Both the position numbers and the translations under genes were made by a program. Below are positions 1 through 13,425 of a stretch of DNA of 64,000 bases, one piece after another. This DNA is from Leptogorgia sarmentosa (lineage: Eukaryota): positions 4,092,001-4,156,000 of the forward strand of contig OZ210885.1 of the NCBI GenBank assembly GCA_964658305.1, given 5' to 3'. The notes under the pieces are model-generated. The model worked only from the letters and a program-made list of their open reading frames with translations. It had not been told where the DNA came from and made no database searches. How positions within the stretch are numbered: the first letter of the stretch is position 1; each line of letters begins with the position of its first letter.

Positions 1-198
1 TTTTATGGGTGTTTCCTTATGATTATGGAGAGATAAAATGCCTGAAATAACCATTAAAACAAAAAGGGGAAATAATGAAAAAAAGATTGGTGAATGCAAT
101 TGATACCTTGAGGGCCGCAGTCCATTTCTCCAGGTGCGTCAGTTTCGGAATTGCTGGCTGCCATGTCGACCAACATCATCACCAAATCTTCATCTACT

Positions 199-558
199 TC
201 ATCTACTTCTTGTCTGGCTGCAAGTAATCAAGTTATTAACAGTTTTGATATCATCTGGGTGTTTATTGAAAGCTGTTTCAACTATTTTTGTATGGCTATA
301 TGAATTAGAATACTCACATTCTTCAACCAGCCTCGTGCTCTCTGCGGCAGGCAACAAGAATCCCACGCTCAAATTAAGGCAGTCTACGCAACGCCAGTCA
401 ATTTCTTCACCGCATCTAACAGCGGTTCGATACGCGATTAGCGAGATCCCACCGTTGCAGGTCCGATGTTGCCATCTTTCGCAGCAATCACATAACAGCC
501 CCTGTTGCCGAGCTCTTACAGGCTCCTTGCAGCGAATGCAGTTATCTTCAGCAGACAT
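199..558 (-). pseudogene. PHD-finger ORF fragment, probably transposon-associated
   Basis: C4HC3 pattern CIRC...CDCCERWQHRTC...WRCVDC at the N-terminus; the rest of the ORF is uninformative; TE-rich context. Confidence 0.5.
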
Positions 559-1425
559 CTTCAGTAAAATGGTGAATAGAACTTCTGACTGTAGCGCAGC
601 GGTGGTGAATGTTCGAGTGAAGATACTGTATACTTGTAACGCATTTTATACGATTGTGTTTGGCCATTGATGACAATGACTGCGCAAGAACAATGGCATG
701 GTATCATCATTGTATCACAATAACTTATTGTGATACAGTCAATAACATCCGGATGACTACATGCTTCTGTTCAAGTTTTGTTTTTAATATTTTTAAATGT
801 TTTGTCCCAAAAATATAGTAGGTTAGCAATATATCTCAAGGCAATATATCTCATACACGTGTATTTGATTGGGTAATGAATGGAAGTTGCCTATCAATCG
901 CAAGTTTATATCTGGAAATTATGTGTAACCGCTATAGTCTTCATATTTTGATTTTTAATTTTTTTGATTTTTAAAAACATTTATTCCTTCCTGTATTAAA
1001 CAATTCTCTTGTGCGTAATCTTCATTATGTTTTAGCTTTGTAAATATAAATTTTATATGACTTATATACTTTAAAATATTTGTAATTCCTTTTTATATGC
1101 TCTTTTAAATGAACCTTATTTTCATAACTTTCATTGTTGTAAAGTAACACGCATTCCAGCTGTATTTAGCTGCAATGTGTTTTCTCAAAATCTATCTATC
1201 TTATGGCTTTTTGAAGATTTTTACAACAGCAAAATCACTTCGAGCAGATAAAGTTATCCGACTTTCGAACAACCGAACTTGCATGACGACATGATGACGC
1301 TGCATGCTACATGGAAGTTGTAGGATGTTTCGCATTTCCTGCGTGATGGACAATCATGTGAGGAATGATGACACGCTTACTTAAAAAAGCCCATTCAATT
1401 TGGATTTTATTCTTCTGTTAATTTT

Positions 1426-2520
1426 TAGTGCAAAGTTTCAAAGAAACTTTGCAGTATTGTGATGAGTGGGGAAGATTCACATCAGTCATTGAGTCATTGA
1501 GTCATCGAGTCATTGAGTCATTGAGTCATAGTGTAAACTCCGGGGGGAGCGTTCCAAATTCTCCTGATGTGCTAAACTCCGTAGTTGACTGATATCCTTG
1601 AAATGTTTGAACAAAAATGATTCGATTGCAGTTATATATCATTGCTCATCATTATTTGCAGTTGTTCTCATTGATATGAAAGCTTGTTAGATGTGAAATG
1701 TGATCAAAGAAGCGCAGAAATACAGTACACAATGGCGGAGCCCCTCCGGAATTTCAGTTTTTGCAAAAATTGCAACTCAGCACTTCTGGGGAATGAAATT
1801 ACACAATATGGCGGACGCTAAGAGTGGGGCCGTGAATCAGTAATTCAGTAATTCAGTATGATGATGATATAATGTGGCCAACATGTCTGAATACGTTGAT
1901 AAAGCAGTTAAAATGTTCTTTATATATCAGCAATGAATCTAGAGATTTGAATTTATTATCATTATCAGTAGAAAACTTGTATTTGTCATGGACAATTTAA
2001 AATAGCTACTCAGTGCTGATAACAGCCGCCGTGCGTATTTATATTAAAAATTTAGTTGGCCGACATTGCCATCGCAATTCGTAAATAGCGGGCAAACTAA
2101 GATGTGTAACACAGTAGAACTCGTCACAACAAGATAGCCATAATTTTAAATTGGTTGATAATAGGCAAGATATTTGTGAGCTTTCGCAATATAGCTTTCG
2201 TGTTTGTTTTCGCTGTCTTCGACTCTTCGTCGCCTCGCGGTATTGCCATTCATTTACTAATGTACTCCTGATGCAAAAGAATAATTTACTACAATTAAAC
2301 TCAGCCAGTTGCTCCTTGTTGCTTTGTAATGCGACGATATGACTCTACAACACTGGTCAACGGCATCACTAAGCTTACACTGTTTATTTACCCGACATAC
2401 CGGGGATTTACAGAATTTTCGATACTAAAAGAACTAAACCACATATAGGCATACAAAAGTAAATTTAACGTTGGCCTGATACTGTGAATAAACTGGATAT
2501 TTTATTAAGACGCAGAAGTA
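1426..2520. mobile_element. Non-autonomous Helentron/DINE-like element, copy 1 (3' end missing)
   Basis: Starts TAGTGCAAAGTTTC-AAA-GAAACTTTGCA (hairpin); internal (GAGTCATT)n microsatellite ~1485-1530; colinear and highly similar to 21062-22026. Confidence 0.6.
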
Positions 2521-4094
2521 GCGTGCCACTTTGTGATTTAACTACTTAATTTTTTGTTAACATCGCATTCACAATATAGCTTTCGTGTTTGTTTTCGCTG
2601 TCTTCGACTCTTTGTCGCCTCGCGGTATTGCCATTCATTTACTAATGTACTCCTGATGCAAAAGAATAATTTACTACAATTAAACTCAGCCAGTTCATTT
2701 ACTAATGTACTCCTGATGCAAAAGAATAATTTACTACAATTAAACTCAGCCAGTTGCTCCTTGTTGCTTTGTAATGCGACGATATGACTCTACAACACTG
2801 GTCAACGGCATCACTAAGCTTACACTGTTTATTTACCCGACATACCGGGGATTTACAGAATTTTCGATACTAAAAGAACTAAACCACATATAGGCATACA
2901 AAAGTAAATTTAACATTGGCCTGATACTGTGAATAAACTGGATATTTTATTAAGACGCAGAAGTAGCGTGCCACTTTGTGATTTAACTACTTAAATTTTT
3001 GTTAACATCGCTTTCGCAATATAGCTTTCGTGTTTGTTTTCGCTGTCTTCGACTCTTCGTCGCCTCGCGGTATTGCCATTCATTTACTAATGTACTCCTG
3101 ATGCAAAAGAATAATTTACTACAATTGTACAATTGTACATAATTTACTACAATTTAATACAGTTGGCCTGATACTGTGAATAAACTGGATATTTTATTAA
3201 GACGCAGAAGTAGCGTGCCACTTTGTGATTTAACTACTTAAATTTTTGTTAACATCGCATTCACAATATAGCTTTTGTGTTTGTTTTCGCTGTCTTCGAC
3301 TCTTCGTCGCCTCGCGGTATTGCCATTCATTTACTAATGTACTCCTGATGCAAAAGAATAATTTACTACAATTAAACTCAGCTCATTCATTTACTAATGT
3401 ACTCCTGATGCAAAAGAATAATTTACTACAATTAAACTCAGCCAGTTGCTCCTTGTTGCTTTGTAATGCGACGATATGACTCTACAACACTGGTCAACGG
3501 CATCACTAAGCTTACACTGTTTATTTACCCGACATACCGGGGATTTACAGAATTTTCGATACTAAAAGAACTAAACCACATATAGGCATACAAAAGTAAA
3601 TTTAACGTTGGCCTGATACTGTGAATAAACTGGATATTTTATTAAGACGCAGAAGTAGCGTGCCACTTTGTGATTTAACTACTTAAATTTTTGTTAACAT
3701 CGCTTTCGCAATATAGCTTTCGTGTTTGTTTTCGCTGTCTTCGACTCTTCGTCGCCTCGCGGTATTGCCATTCATTTACTAATGTACTCCTGATGCAAAA
3801 GAATAATTTACTACAATTAAACTCAGCCAGTTGCTCCTTGTTGCTTTGTAATGCGACGATATGACTCTACAACACTGGTCAACGGCATCACTAAGCTTAC
3901 ACTGTTTATTTACCCGACATACCGGGGATTTACAGAATTTTCGATACTAAAAGAACTAAACCACATATAGGCATACAAAAGTAAATTTAACGTTGGCCTG
4001 ATACTGTGAATAAACTGGATATTTTATTAAGACGCAGAAGTAGCGTGCCACTTTGTGATTTAACTACTTAAATTTTTGTTAACATCGCATTCAC
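2180..4094. repeat. Tandem array of five near-identical units (basic unit ~385 bp)
   Basis: Units start near 2180, 2565, 3010, 3257 and 3701; units 2 and 4 carry an internal ~58 bp duplication; unit 3 is internally deleted. Confidence 0.9.
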
Positions 4095-4374
4095 GTATAT
4101 CTTGTTGTGGACCAGAATCAGTAAGGTGTTGCCATGGAACCCTATCAAACACAATGCTGGTAGCAACAGCATGAACACTGCGATTCTGTACATCTTTCCT
4201 CATATCATGAGCCTTCTCTTCCCAGTCAATATTGTCCAGGACATAGACAAACCTGTACCCAGACTTTACCAACTGGACAGCACGGTCTATAAAATGATCC
4301 CCAATATCATCTAAGATGGCATACTTCATATTCGGCTCAAGACACAATCCATGCTGGTGGAGCTCAGAAACCAG
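4060..4374 (-). pseudogene. Exon of a disrupted spliced gene, DUF6589-like putative transposase
   Basis: Acceptor ttttag at 4375; reads LVSELHQHGLCLEP...VLDNIDWEEKAHDMRKDVQNRSVHAVA; cut off by the tandem array; family call from motif recall only. Confidence 0.4.
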
Positions 4375-6230
4375 CTAAAAGTAAAATGATAGAAAATAAT
4401 CATAATGTAAGTTTACATTATCATGCAGCACTAAGGGCACGAAATTTGAGGGCATGAATTTTGCAGTATCTGGATATCCACAGGTTATCAGATCAGATTT
4501 TAAAAATTGGATACAGTGGATATCACATACTGATATCTATTCTATTGAGATAATAAGTTCACTTCTGTTCAGTATTTTTATGTTGTTTATGATTCTTTAT
4601 AAACGTGTCCTACTGTAGATTCATTATAACAAATCAATCGCAATTGTAAAGCCACCTTCTCTAGTTCAGTGTTTGAACATTACTACATGTAAATGCATGA
4701 TGCTAAATCTTCATGGTGGATATCACATTTTGAATTTCTAGTATCCCACATGATAGTGCTGAAAATTTTAAATTTAAAGCCCTGCAACCAAAAGTATGTC
4801 ACTGCAACCAAATTGATTAAAATCACCATACAAGATTCAGAAGGAGGTGTGTGTCTTACCAATGTACAGGCAACTCTTCAATTAACATTGGTCGAAGAGT
4901 GGTTCTTAGATAGTTGAGTGAGGTAGGAACATGACACATAGAGAACACTATATTAACATCTACATATATATGGAGCAGAGTTCGACAGCAATGCACCATA
5001 GCATGGCACTACTAGTCACTGGCACAACTGGCAATTAAATCATGGTCAAACGGTCAATTATATATTGCGATCAAATAATGCTGTGAGGTAATCAAACCCA
5101 CTGTCACATGTACGGACGGTCAGTCCTACAACAATGGGCCCATGTCAAAATAATAGTGCTTGGTATCATTAGTTTCAAAGCACCCTTATTTTGGACAGTG
5201 TTCTTGAAGTAGTTTAAACCCGGACTACAGTACTTGTGAACTCCACATGCGTAACCAACATCCCATATCTTTCATGTAGCTTCTCCTTGCTCACAGAAAC
5301 AAGATCTTCGATTCAGGATCAGGGGAATTTGTCTTTGAGGTTCAAGGTTTTGTCTGCAGCCAGCCATAGCACACCGATAGTTTTTGAAGAATTTTGCTCA
5401 ACGGCCAAGTATCATGTAGGTAGTGACTAGTGAGTAGAAATTCTGCTGCTTGTGTATTTTGCTGCAATGCGTAGCTATCTAGCAAGTCATATGTATGTAG
5501 TGTGTAGGCAAAATGTTTTTACATTCATACATAGGCAAGGCGTTTGGAGTAAAAGTTACCAAAACTTACGGTTACCGCTGAGTAATTTTATAAAATACAA
5601 AACAATGGACACTCCAAAAAGGTATTCATTTTGATTAAACGTTTCGACTAGCTTGCAGTCATCAATCATAATCAGGATTGACGCCGCTATGAAATAATTT
5701 GAAAAAAAAAAAGAAATACGATATAAATATCCAAATCCGACTTTTTCCAACGCAAATCCGACGAGTGTCACGGTGATCCTAAAGCTTTTTGGAAACTAAT
5801 GAAAAAAGTACTTCCATCAAAGAACCGAACAACCAAAATTGATAAACTCATTGTTGACGGCGTTGATATAGTGGACCCTGAAGAAATTTGCGATACTCTG
5901 AACTTGCATTTTATTTTTACAACGGTCGCCACAAATCTCCTTTTTGCCAGATCCTCAACAACGACTTCTTCAACTTCCAAGGTTGACTCACATCATAATC
6001 CACCATCCCAGTTCCCCTCATCTTCGGAAAGTTCCTTGCCAACCAAATTCCATTTCCGTCCAACGACTGATGTTGAAATCTCCAATATGTTGGCTAATTT
6101 AAATCCAAAGCTACTGGGAATGATTTATTTATTGATTTATTTATTTATTAAACTTTTTCAAAAACACTTAACAGAACAACAAATAGACATCTACACAATA
6201 AACATGGACAAAAATGGCAGGGGCACGCCG

Positions 6231-8021
6231 CAGTGACGTAGCTACGATTTCCGTCGGGGGCGAGGCTCTAAATTTTCCGACAATTGCGTGGTCGTAGGGC
6301 GTGGTCAAAAGGGTGTGACTTTTTAAAAAACTGCATACAGATGAGACAGCATGAAGAGCAAGCAAGAGTACAATGTAGATCAATAATTTATGACTAGTCA
6401 TCAAGGAATCAACAAGAATAATTTATTTTTTAATATTTACATCAGATGGCGACATGTGTTTGCTACGATAAGTATTATCAAATGAGTAGCTCGAGTTTGT
6501 GCTAGCCTATTTCACTTCAAAAATCAAAACGTAATGTTTTTAAGATAGGCAAATCATTATCAAACGTTGAAAAACGTTTATGCATGTGAATTAACACATT
6601 ATTTAAAAATTCTTCTTGTTTTGTCGTTCAGGAACGGCATTTGAAGTTCTCGAATCGAAATATTCAAAACAGTTTCGCGATTTATCGAAATACATGCAAG
6701 ATTCGACAGACGTTTTTCAGTCATGGTACTGCGCAAGCATGTCTTCACTCGTTTTAAGCAGCTGAAGGCTCGCTCGTCATGTGCTGAAGAAACAGGAATT
6801 GTAAGTGCAAGTTGCAACAATGTTGCAATGCTTGCAAACTGGCCTGTCAAGTTGTGCGTCTCCAAAAAGACCAAAAGATCCTGTGCGTCACGGGGAACAG
6901 CTTCACCGTCCACAAAGTCCCAAGCGTTTAGTAACGTGTGTACATTCTTGTACTCCATTATGACTGTCTCTTTCGCTGGCAGGTCATTGTGGTAGAACGA
7001 GCACAATGTATTCAGTTGCTCCAAACTGGATTCTGCAGGAACCTCATCACTCTTGTCAATGAAGGTGGTAGGGGAGATGCAGGCAAAGACCTTCAGAACA
7101 CCAACCGTCGTATCATTGAAGCGCGTCTCCAGATTGGTCACGATTGTATCTAAAACGACATTGTATACTTCTATTCTAAGTTGTCTTGCACACCACCACC
7201 AACAGCTTCTTCAGGTTGGTCTGACTCAGGACGAGGTTCATCGAAGAATCGGCGTCTTTGTCGCTGCCTTCTCGGAGCAAACTCAGTTTGAAGACCAAGT
7301 GAATTGCAAAGTTCCCTTGTTTTCCTCATTGTGGCATCGAAGTGGTCGTTAGACCTCATGGTGGAAAATTGGCGGACACACGCTTCTATCAAATGACACG
7401 ATACTTACAATGTTCAGGTAAGGCCCCTGCACTTAATCAGTTGCCGCTTTCGTGATCACTAAGATGTGAAACCAAAAGTGGAGAAGCACCAGGAACTCGA
7501 ACCTCTTCAGCCCGTTCAGAAGACCATCAGCATTGGACAAACCACCAGCATCGAGTTGATTTTTCGTAATCAATGTCTCTAGAGCATCCAGGTAACATCA
7601 AAGTTATCTCTGACGTGTTGTACTGCATTTGCTCGTGAAGCCCAGCGAGTATCGGAAAGCGACTTCGGCATCTCTGAGCGTCGCTTGGCACTTTGTTGGG
7701 ACTTGTGTAGTTGAGCGATTCTCTTTGGACTGGCAGTGAAGAAACTGCATAAATTTCCCAGGAAACCAAAAAAGGACTTAACTGGTACACAGGTGGTGGC
7801 TGCCTTCACAAGAACTAGATTTAATCGATGTGCCATGCAATGGACATACAACGCAGATGGTGTAATTTCACGAACAAGTGCTTGCAATCCACCATGAGCA
7901 CTGGACATTGTAGAACAACCATCCATCGCTTGCCCTCGAATGAACTCAGTGCTCAAATTGAAACGTTTCGACAGTTCAAGCAATTTGTCACGAAAATCAA
8001 CGGCTTTCGAGCCTGACATCT

Positions 8022-8065
<44 letters not shown>

Positions 8066-10971
8066 GCCACAGAAATAGTAGCAGGGTCACCACAACAGTC
8101 TATATACCAATTACTATGGGCCCTTTTAACAAAAATTCTACACATAAACACTTACATAGGTTGATATACATTAACAATACAGAGATGTCAATAAGCAGGG
8201 TTTTAAATCTTTGTAATGTTAAGGAATGATTTCTAAGTTCATCAGGTAGGATGTTCCATGCCCTGGTTGATCTGCTGATGAAGGACTTTTGATATGTGAC
8301 CATTTTGCACCTTTTATGATGGAAGACAATGGTATCGGGGTTTCTTGTTGATCTTGTTACTCTATCCTGGCTAAGGTTCTTTGTTGGTAGTGTGATGTCG
8401 TTGACAGAGATCAAACCATTGGTCATTTTAAAAAGGAAAGTCAAGTCCAGATATTCGTGCCAGAAACTGATAGGCAACAATTTACATGCTTTTAATCGAT
8501 CGGTGTATTTCACTTAGCTTTGACATGGTAGGCTGAGGATAAACTTTGATGCACGACGCTGTACTCTTTCAACTCGCTTAATTAACTCGATGGTCTGAGG
8601 GGCCCAAATCTGGGTGGCGTAGCCTAGGTGTGGTCGTACAACAGTTAAGTAGAGGGATCGTCTTGTGTTGAGGTTTCTAATTTCTTGGGATGATCTTCTA
8701 ACAAAACCCAGGAGTTTATTTGCTTTTAAACTCTGCTCGATCGCTTGCTTTCTCCACCACAAATTACTCGATACCCAAACACCAAGGTCCTTTTCCTGAC
8801 AGACAGCACTGATGATCTGATTGTTAACGACGTATGGATGTTCAACAGGTGTTTTCTTGCGTGTGATACGTTGGCACTTACATTTAGATTGGTTGAACTT
8901 TAAAACGTTGTCCGTAGCCCAATTGTTGATGTTCTCTAAGTCATTTTGAGGATCGATGGTGTCTTGAAGGTTTTCAACTTGTTTTAGGACTTTTGTGTCA
9001 TCAGCAAAACAAGCTACTTTAGAAGTTGTTACGGACCGGGGTAGATCGTTTACGTACAAGAGAAAAAGAACTGGCCCAAGGATAGAGCCTTGAGGAACTC
9101 CAGATGTTACGAGTCATTCTTGAGATGTTGCGCCAAGTACAAACACGTTGTTTTCGCCCATGAAGATATGATTTAAACCATTTAAGCAAATTACCACTAA
9201 TGTTATATTGTTGCAGTCGGGAAATGATTACGGAATGATGAACTGTATCAAACGCTTTCGACATGTCTAAGTAAACAATATCAGTTTGCTAAGAAACCGT
9301 TCGATGGGTTTTCCACCACAAACATATCTGATCGAAAACGCCAGCTGGTCGATATGTGCAACATCAGGAGTAGTGTCCAGAATGACGCAAAAATACTTAG
9401 CAGTATGGATTTCTGATATAATTTTTTCCCTGATGACCCTGGCAATAGAATCGATAATTTCATTCTGGATCTGTGGGGAAGTGTACTTGCTTCTCGAATT
9501 TTCGTTTGCCATGTGAGAGGGCATAACTGGATCGTGCCTTGATAATAGCTTCAGCAATTCTATGTAATTGCCACTATTTCCCAGCATACCCATGGCATCT
9601 TCGTTGCTTTCGAAACGGTGACCACGGAAAGAAATACCTTGCAGCGCCAAGAACAGTGTGGCAGAAAACAAGCAATCCAGAACCTGCAGCGTTTTCTCTC
9701 GTTCGTCTTGAAGTAATTTCTGCAGGTGAGCATCTACTGTCTTACCAACTGCTAAATGATACTTGAGCGACTTCCAGTGGGCAAGAGTAGTGCAATGAAG
9801 CAGGGAATTCTCATGCACGCTGACTTTTTCTAACCCTTTCTTGAAATTGGCAACTCCAACCTCACTCCAGTTGTTTTCATACGTCTTAGACGATTTGCAA
9901 GGGAATAGCCAGCAACAAAAGCAAAACATAGCATTCTCCTTCATTGAGTACACAAGCCAATAACGGTGAACATCATTGTTTCGATACCATTCCTGATGGA
10001 AACTGCGACCCTGGTCATCTTTTGGGAATGGTCCCTCAGGCTGGCAAGGGCCATACCTCACTATTTCGGCCCGTACAGCGGCATTTATGTTAATGTCCCG
10101 ATAGTTCGCAGGATCGGTGGGATATTTCCCTAGTGATGCGAGCCATACCGATATCGTAATATCACTTTCATCAGATTCCTTGTTTTTACTTCCTTCATCG
10201 GTTTTCTCAGCCATTGTGTCATCTGTATCGTCATCGGCCGCGCTTCTTTCGCCACGCTTAGGCACTGATGGCGGTGGATTTGGTGTTAAGGCTGCGACAT
10301 TTGAGGTGGATTTTTCTGCGGGTTTACTACTGACCAGACTGTGGCTCAGTAGAGGTTGATTGCTTGCTCGGAGTTGGAGTTGGCTCAGACTGTGGCGCAG
10401 TGGAGGTGGATTGCTCGCTCGCAGTTTCTGGAACCGTGGTCTTTGGTTTCTGCTGCGCAAAGGCAAACAAACTATCCGAGGCCCCGACTAGCTTGTAGGG
10501 GATGTGACGACAAGCTTTTACCATTTCGCTGTGGTACTTGTCATTGTGCTTCTTTCTGTAGTCGCTATCAAAAGTCATATGACACACCAAACATTCTACT
10601 TTTCTCCGTTTTGCCTTACCGTGGCTAAACATGACTGCAAGTAGAAGCCCTGTTTCGATAGATTGTCGAAATAATCTGTCCGGCAGGCCTATGATATAAT
10701 ATATGATATATAATTAATGATTTAGAGTCGAGAATTGTGTTGATCGCATAACGTGGAATGATATCGACTCAATAAACAGAGTAAAGCCGACGGCCCGATG
10801 TGGGACTATAGGACCATGATAAAAATTAAAATAGTTTTAGACTTTTGTGTGAATAGTTAATTACTTTGTCAACTCGCTTCAGAATTTCCAACAGCTTCAA
10901 AATTTTCCGACAAATTGTCACCATAAATGTCCAGATGGGGGGCGGTCGCCCCCCCTGTAGCTACGCCACTA
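6231..10971 (-). mobile_element. hAT DNA transposon with disrupted ZMYM1-like transposase (10632 to 6599)
   Basis: TIRs CAGTGACGTAGCTAC / GTAGCTACGCCACTA; AGGGGCAC duplicated at 6219-6226 and 10971-10978; TTF-type zinc finger FCFCC, FRGH, YTSPQIQNE, LDTTPD, HCMAHRLNL, SDTRW, C-terminal dimerisation motif ERAFSCLKRVK. Confidence 0.9.
8020..9290 (-). mobile_element. Non-LTR retrotransposon C, 5'-truncated RT fragment inserted in the hAT transposase
   Basis: Begins KQTDIVYLDMSKAFD; GVPQGSILGP, FADD; (TAAA)n tail at 8020-8060; same family as element B. Confidence 0.9.
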
Positions 10972-11248
10972 GGGGCACCACAACAGTGTAAACCAATTAC
11001 TGTGGGCCCTATACAATAATGCACATACAGTACAGAATATACGACATACAGTACATGGACAGGAGACTAAAAACAACAAGTTAGTTCAGAACGTAGGTAT
11101 AATTTGTGACATACAGTCTTCCATGTCCTCGGATCTTCTTCATCGAAGCATTCTCTCAGGGCTGTCAGGTAGTAAGTTTGTGAATCGGTTTTGAATTGCC
11201 TAATATTAATGCCAGGAGATCTTAGTGTAGTTGGTTAAGAGTTCCAAG

Positions 11249-11567
11249 CAGTGGCGTAACGCAACCTTTGGGGGCCCACCGACAGTCGACCACTTTGGGG
11301 CCCCCTTTGCTCCACTAATTAGTAGGCTGAATTTACCACTTATGTCTACACAACGGCAAACCTCACTTTGTTACAGAATAGACTCGAACCCGAATTTGAA
11401 TTTAATGAATTTCGCTTCTCTCTTCCAAACCTTCCCATCTGTCTGTTTTTCGTATTTGAATTCCCCAGAATGTGCTATCAATTTTTTATGTTCATTTTGT
11501 CGGGGGCCCCTAAAGTTCGGGTGCCCCCTGTCACTGGACACCCTGACACCCCTCCGTTACGCCACTG
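11249..11567. mobile_element. hAT-type MITE, 319 bp
   Basis: Perfect 13 bp TIR CAGTGGCGTAACG; perfect 8 bp TSD GTTCCAAG at 11241-11248 and 11568-11575. Confidence 0.95.
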
Positions 11568-13068
11568 GTTCCAAGTTCTGGATGCACGGATAAAGAAGGA
11601 GCGTTGGTAGGTAGAGGTTTTACATTTGGCCGGACGGAAGGAGATTTGGTTGCCACTGGAGGATCTGGTCGTTCTGGTTTGGGACATCACTTCCGGAAGG
11701 ACGTCATGGTTGGGACATCACTTCCGGAAGGACGTCATGGGACACATCGACCAAGCCGTTCACCGCTTTGAAAAAGAACACGAGGTCCAAGTATTCATGC
11801 CAGTAAAATAGCGGTAAGAGGCCCAAACTGGCAAGTCGCTCCCGATAAGTCTCACTGCACAGGTACGGAAGGTTTAAAATATACTTCGTTGCTCTTCTTT
11901 GGACCCGTTCCATACGTTGGATGAGGGTCACGGCTTGAGGCGACCAAACCTGGCTCGAGTAACCAAAAACCGACCGAACCAAAGAAAGATACAGAGTACG
12001 GCGGGTCCTCACGTCGCTTATTTCCCCGGAACATCGCTTTACAAATCCAAGGAGTTTGTTGGCCTGGGTACACCGATCTAAAATGTGTTTAGACCAAGTT
12101 AGGTCGCTCGCAATCCAAATTCCCAGATCTTTCTCTGCTGGAATAAGTGCAAGTTCTTTGCCTTTGATGCTATATGGATGGTGGATTGGTTGACTACGTC
12201 TGGTAATGCTAATACTTTTGCATTTTCCTTCGTTAAACACAAGACCGCTTGACGTGGACCAGGATTGAAGGTTGTTGATGTCGTCCTGGAGTAACATAGC
12301 ATCAGTGATGGAGTCAATTCTGCGGAAGATTTTGGTGTCATCTGCAAAACAAGCAACTGTCGAGTTCGTGACAATGTCTGGTAAGTCATTCACATACAGG
12401 AGGAAGAGTATTGGTCCTAAGATACTGCCTTGGGGAACACCGGAGCACACTGGTTTTTTTGGATGAAGTAGCGCCAAGAGTTGTGACGCGCTGTTGGCGG
12501 TCATGTAGGTACGATGTCAACCATTGGAGAAGAGATCCGCCAATGTTATATTGTTGGAGTTTATTTAACAGAGCTGTATGGCTGACCTTGTCAAAAGCCT
12601 TTGACATGTCCATGAAGATTATATCGGTTTGTTTACCAGAGTCTAAAATGGATCCAATGTAGTGCAAAACTTCGACCAGTTGGGTTGTGTATGACCTGGT
12701 TGCGAATGAAACCATGTTGAGCGGAGTTAATCAGGGACATCAGATAATCTCTCAGGTTTCTCATCACACAGCGCTCGAGGACTTTGGATGTTACAAACAG
12801 AAGATAACATCCCGGCGAAGATCCTTAAGATATCCTCGAGTTGTATTTCTCAGTCTGTCGCGTATTGTAAATAGTTCCCTGGAGACTGGAGTTTTTCCCA
12901 ATAGATGGAAAATTGCCAAAATTTCATCTATTTTCAAGGGAAATATAGCTACAAATCGAGATAATTACAGACCGATATCAATTTTACCATGATTATCCAA
13001 GATATGTGAATCGTGTGTAAACAACCAGATGAATGAACATGGCGTGGAATTCCAAACTTTCTTTGAAC

Positions 13069-13270
13069 TGTCGAGAATGTTTGCCTCCAAAACAGTTGTC
13101 CTCGACAAGTCACCAAAAATAAACTTTACTAACAAATTTAATCATAAAAATCACAGCCCGAGGTTTGACGCGTATCCCACTTCTCACACACTGACTAACT
13201 GACACCCGATATTTTAATTCTAACCTATTTAATTGACCACCCTAATTGACTTATCTGTCAGTTCTCAACA
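13069..13270 (-). repeat. 3' LTR of the BEL/Pao element
   Basis: Direct repeat of 18895-19096; adjacent to the PPT. Confidence 0.95.
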
Positions 13271-13425
13271 CCCTCCCCCATATAGCTCGTCGAAGAGGTA
13301 TATGTCCACTTGAGACTGACTTCGTTATAGTTCTCTAGTGATCCCTAAACAAACTAAACATAAATGTCATATAGTAATATTAATCGTCAATGCGACCTAG
13401 AAAAGTTTCTTTTAGAAGTTAAAGT

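Larger units (their letters stand above)
6125..12802 (-). mobile_element. Non-LTR retrotransposon B, 5'-truncated, inserted in A; RT at ~11570-12802, 3' UTR at 10972-11240 and 6125-6226
   Basis: DMSKAFD, GVPQGSILGP and FADD motifs; (TAAA)n-type tail at 6125-6150; frameshift near 12460. Confidence 0.85.

Noticed and set aside
2180..4094. CRISPR-like array, or repeated small proteins (ORFs at 2151, 2554, 3246)
   Set aside because: Units are long and near-identical with no unique spacers or cas genes; the ORFs are by-products of the repeat
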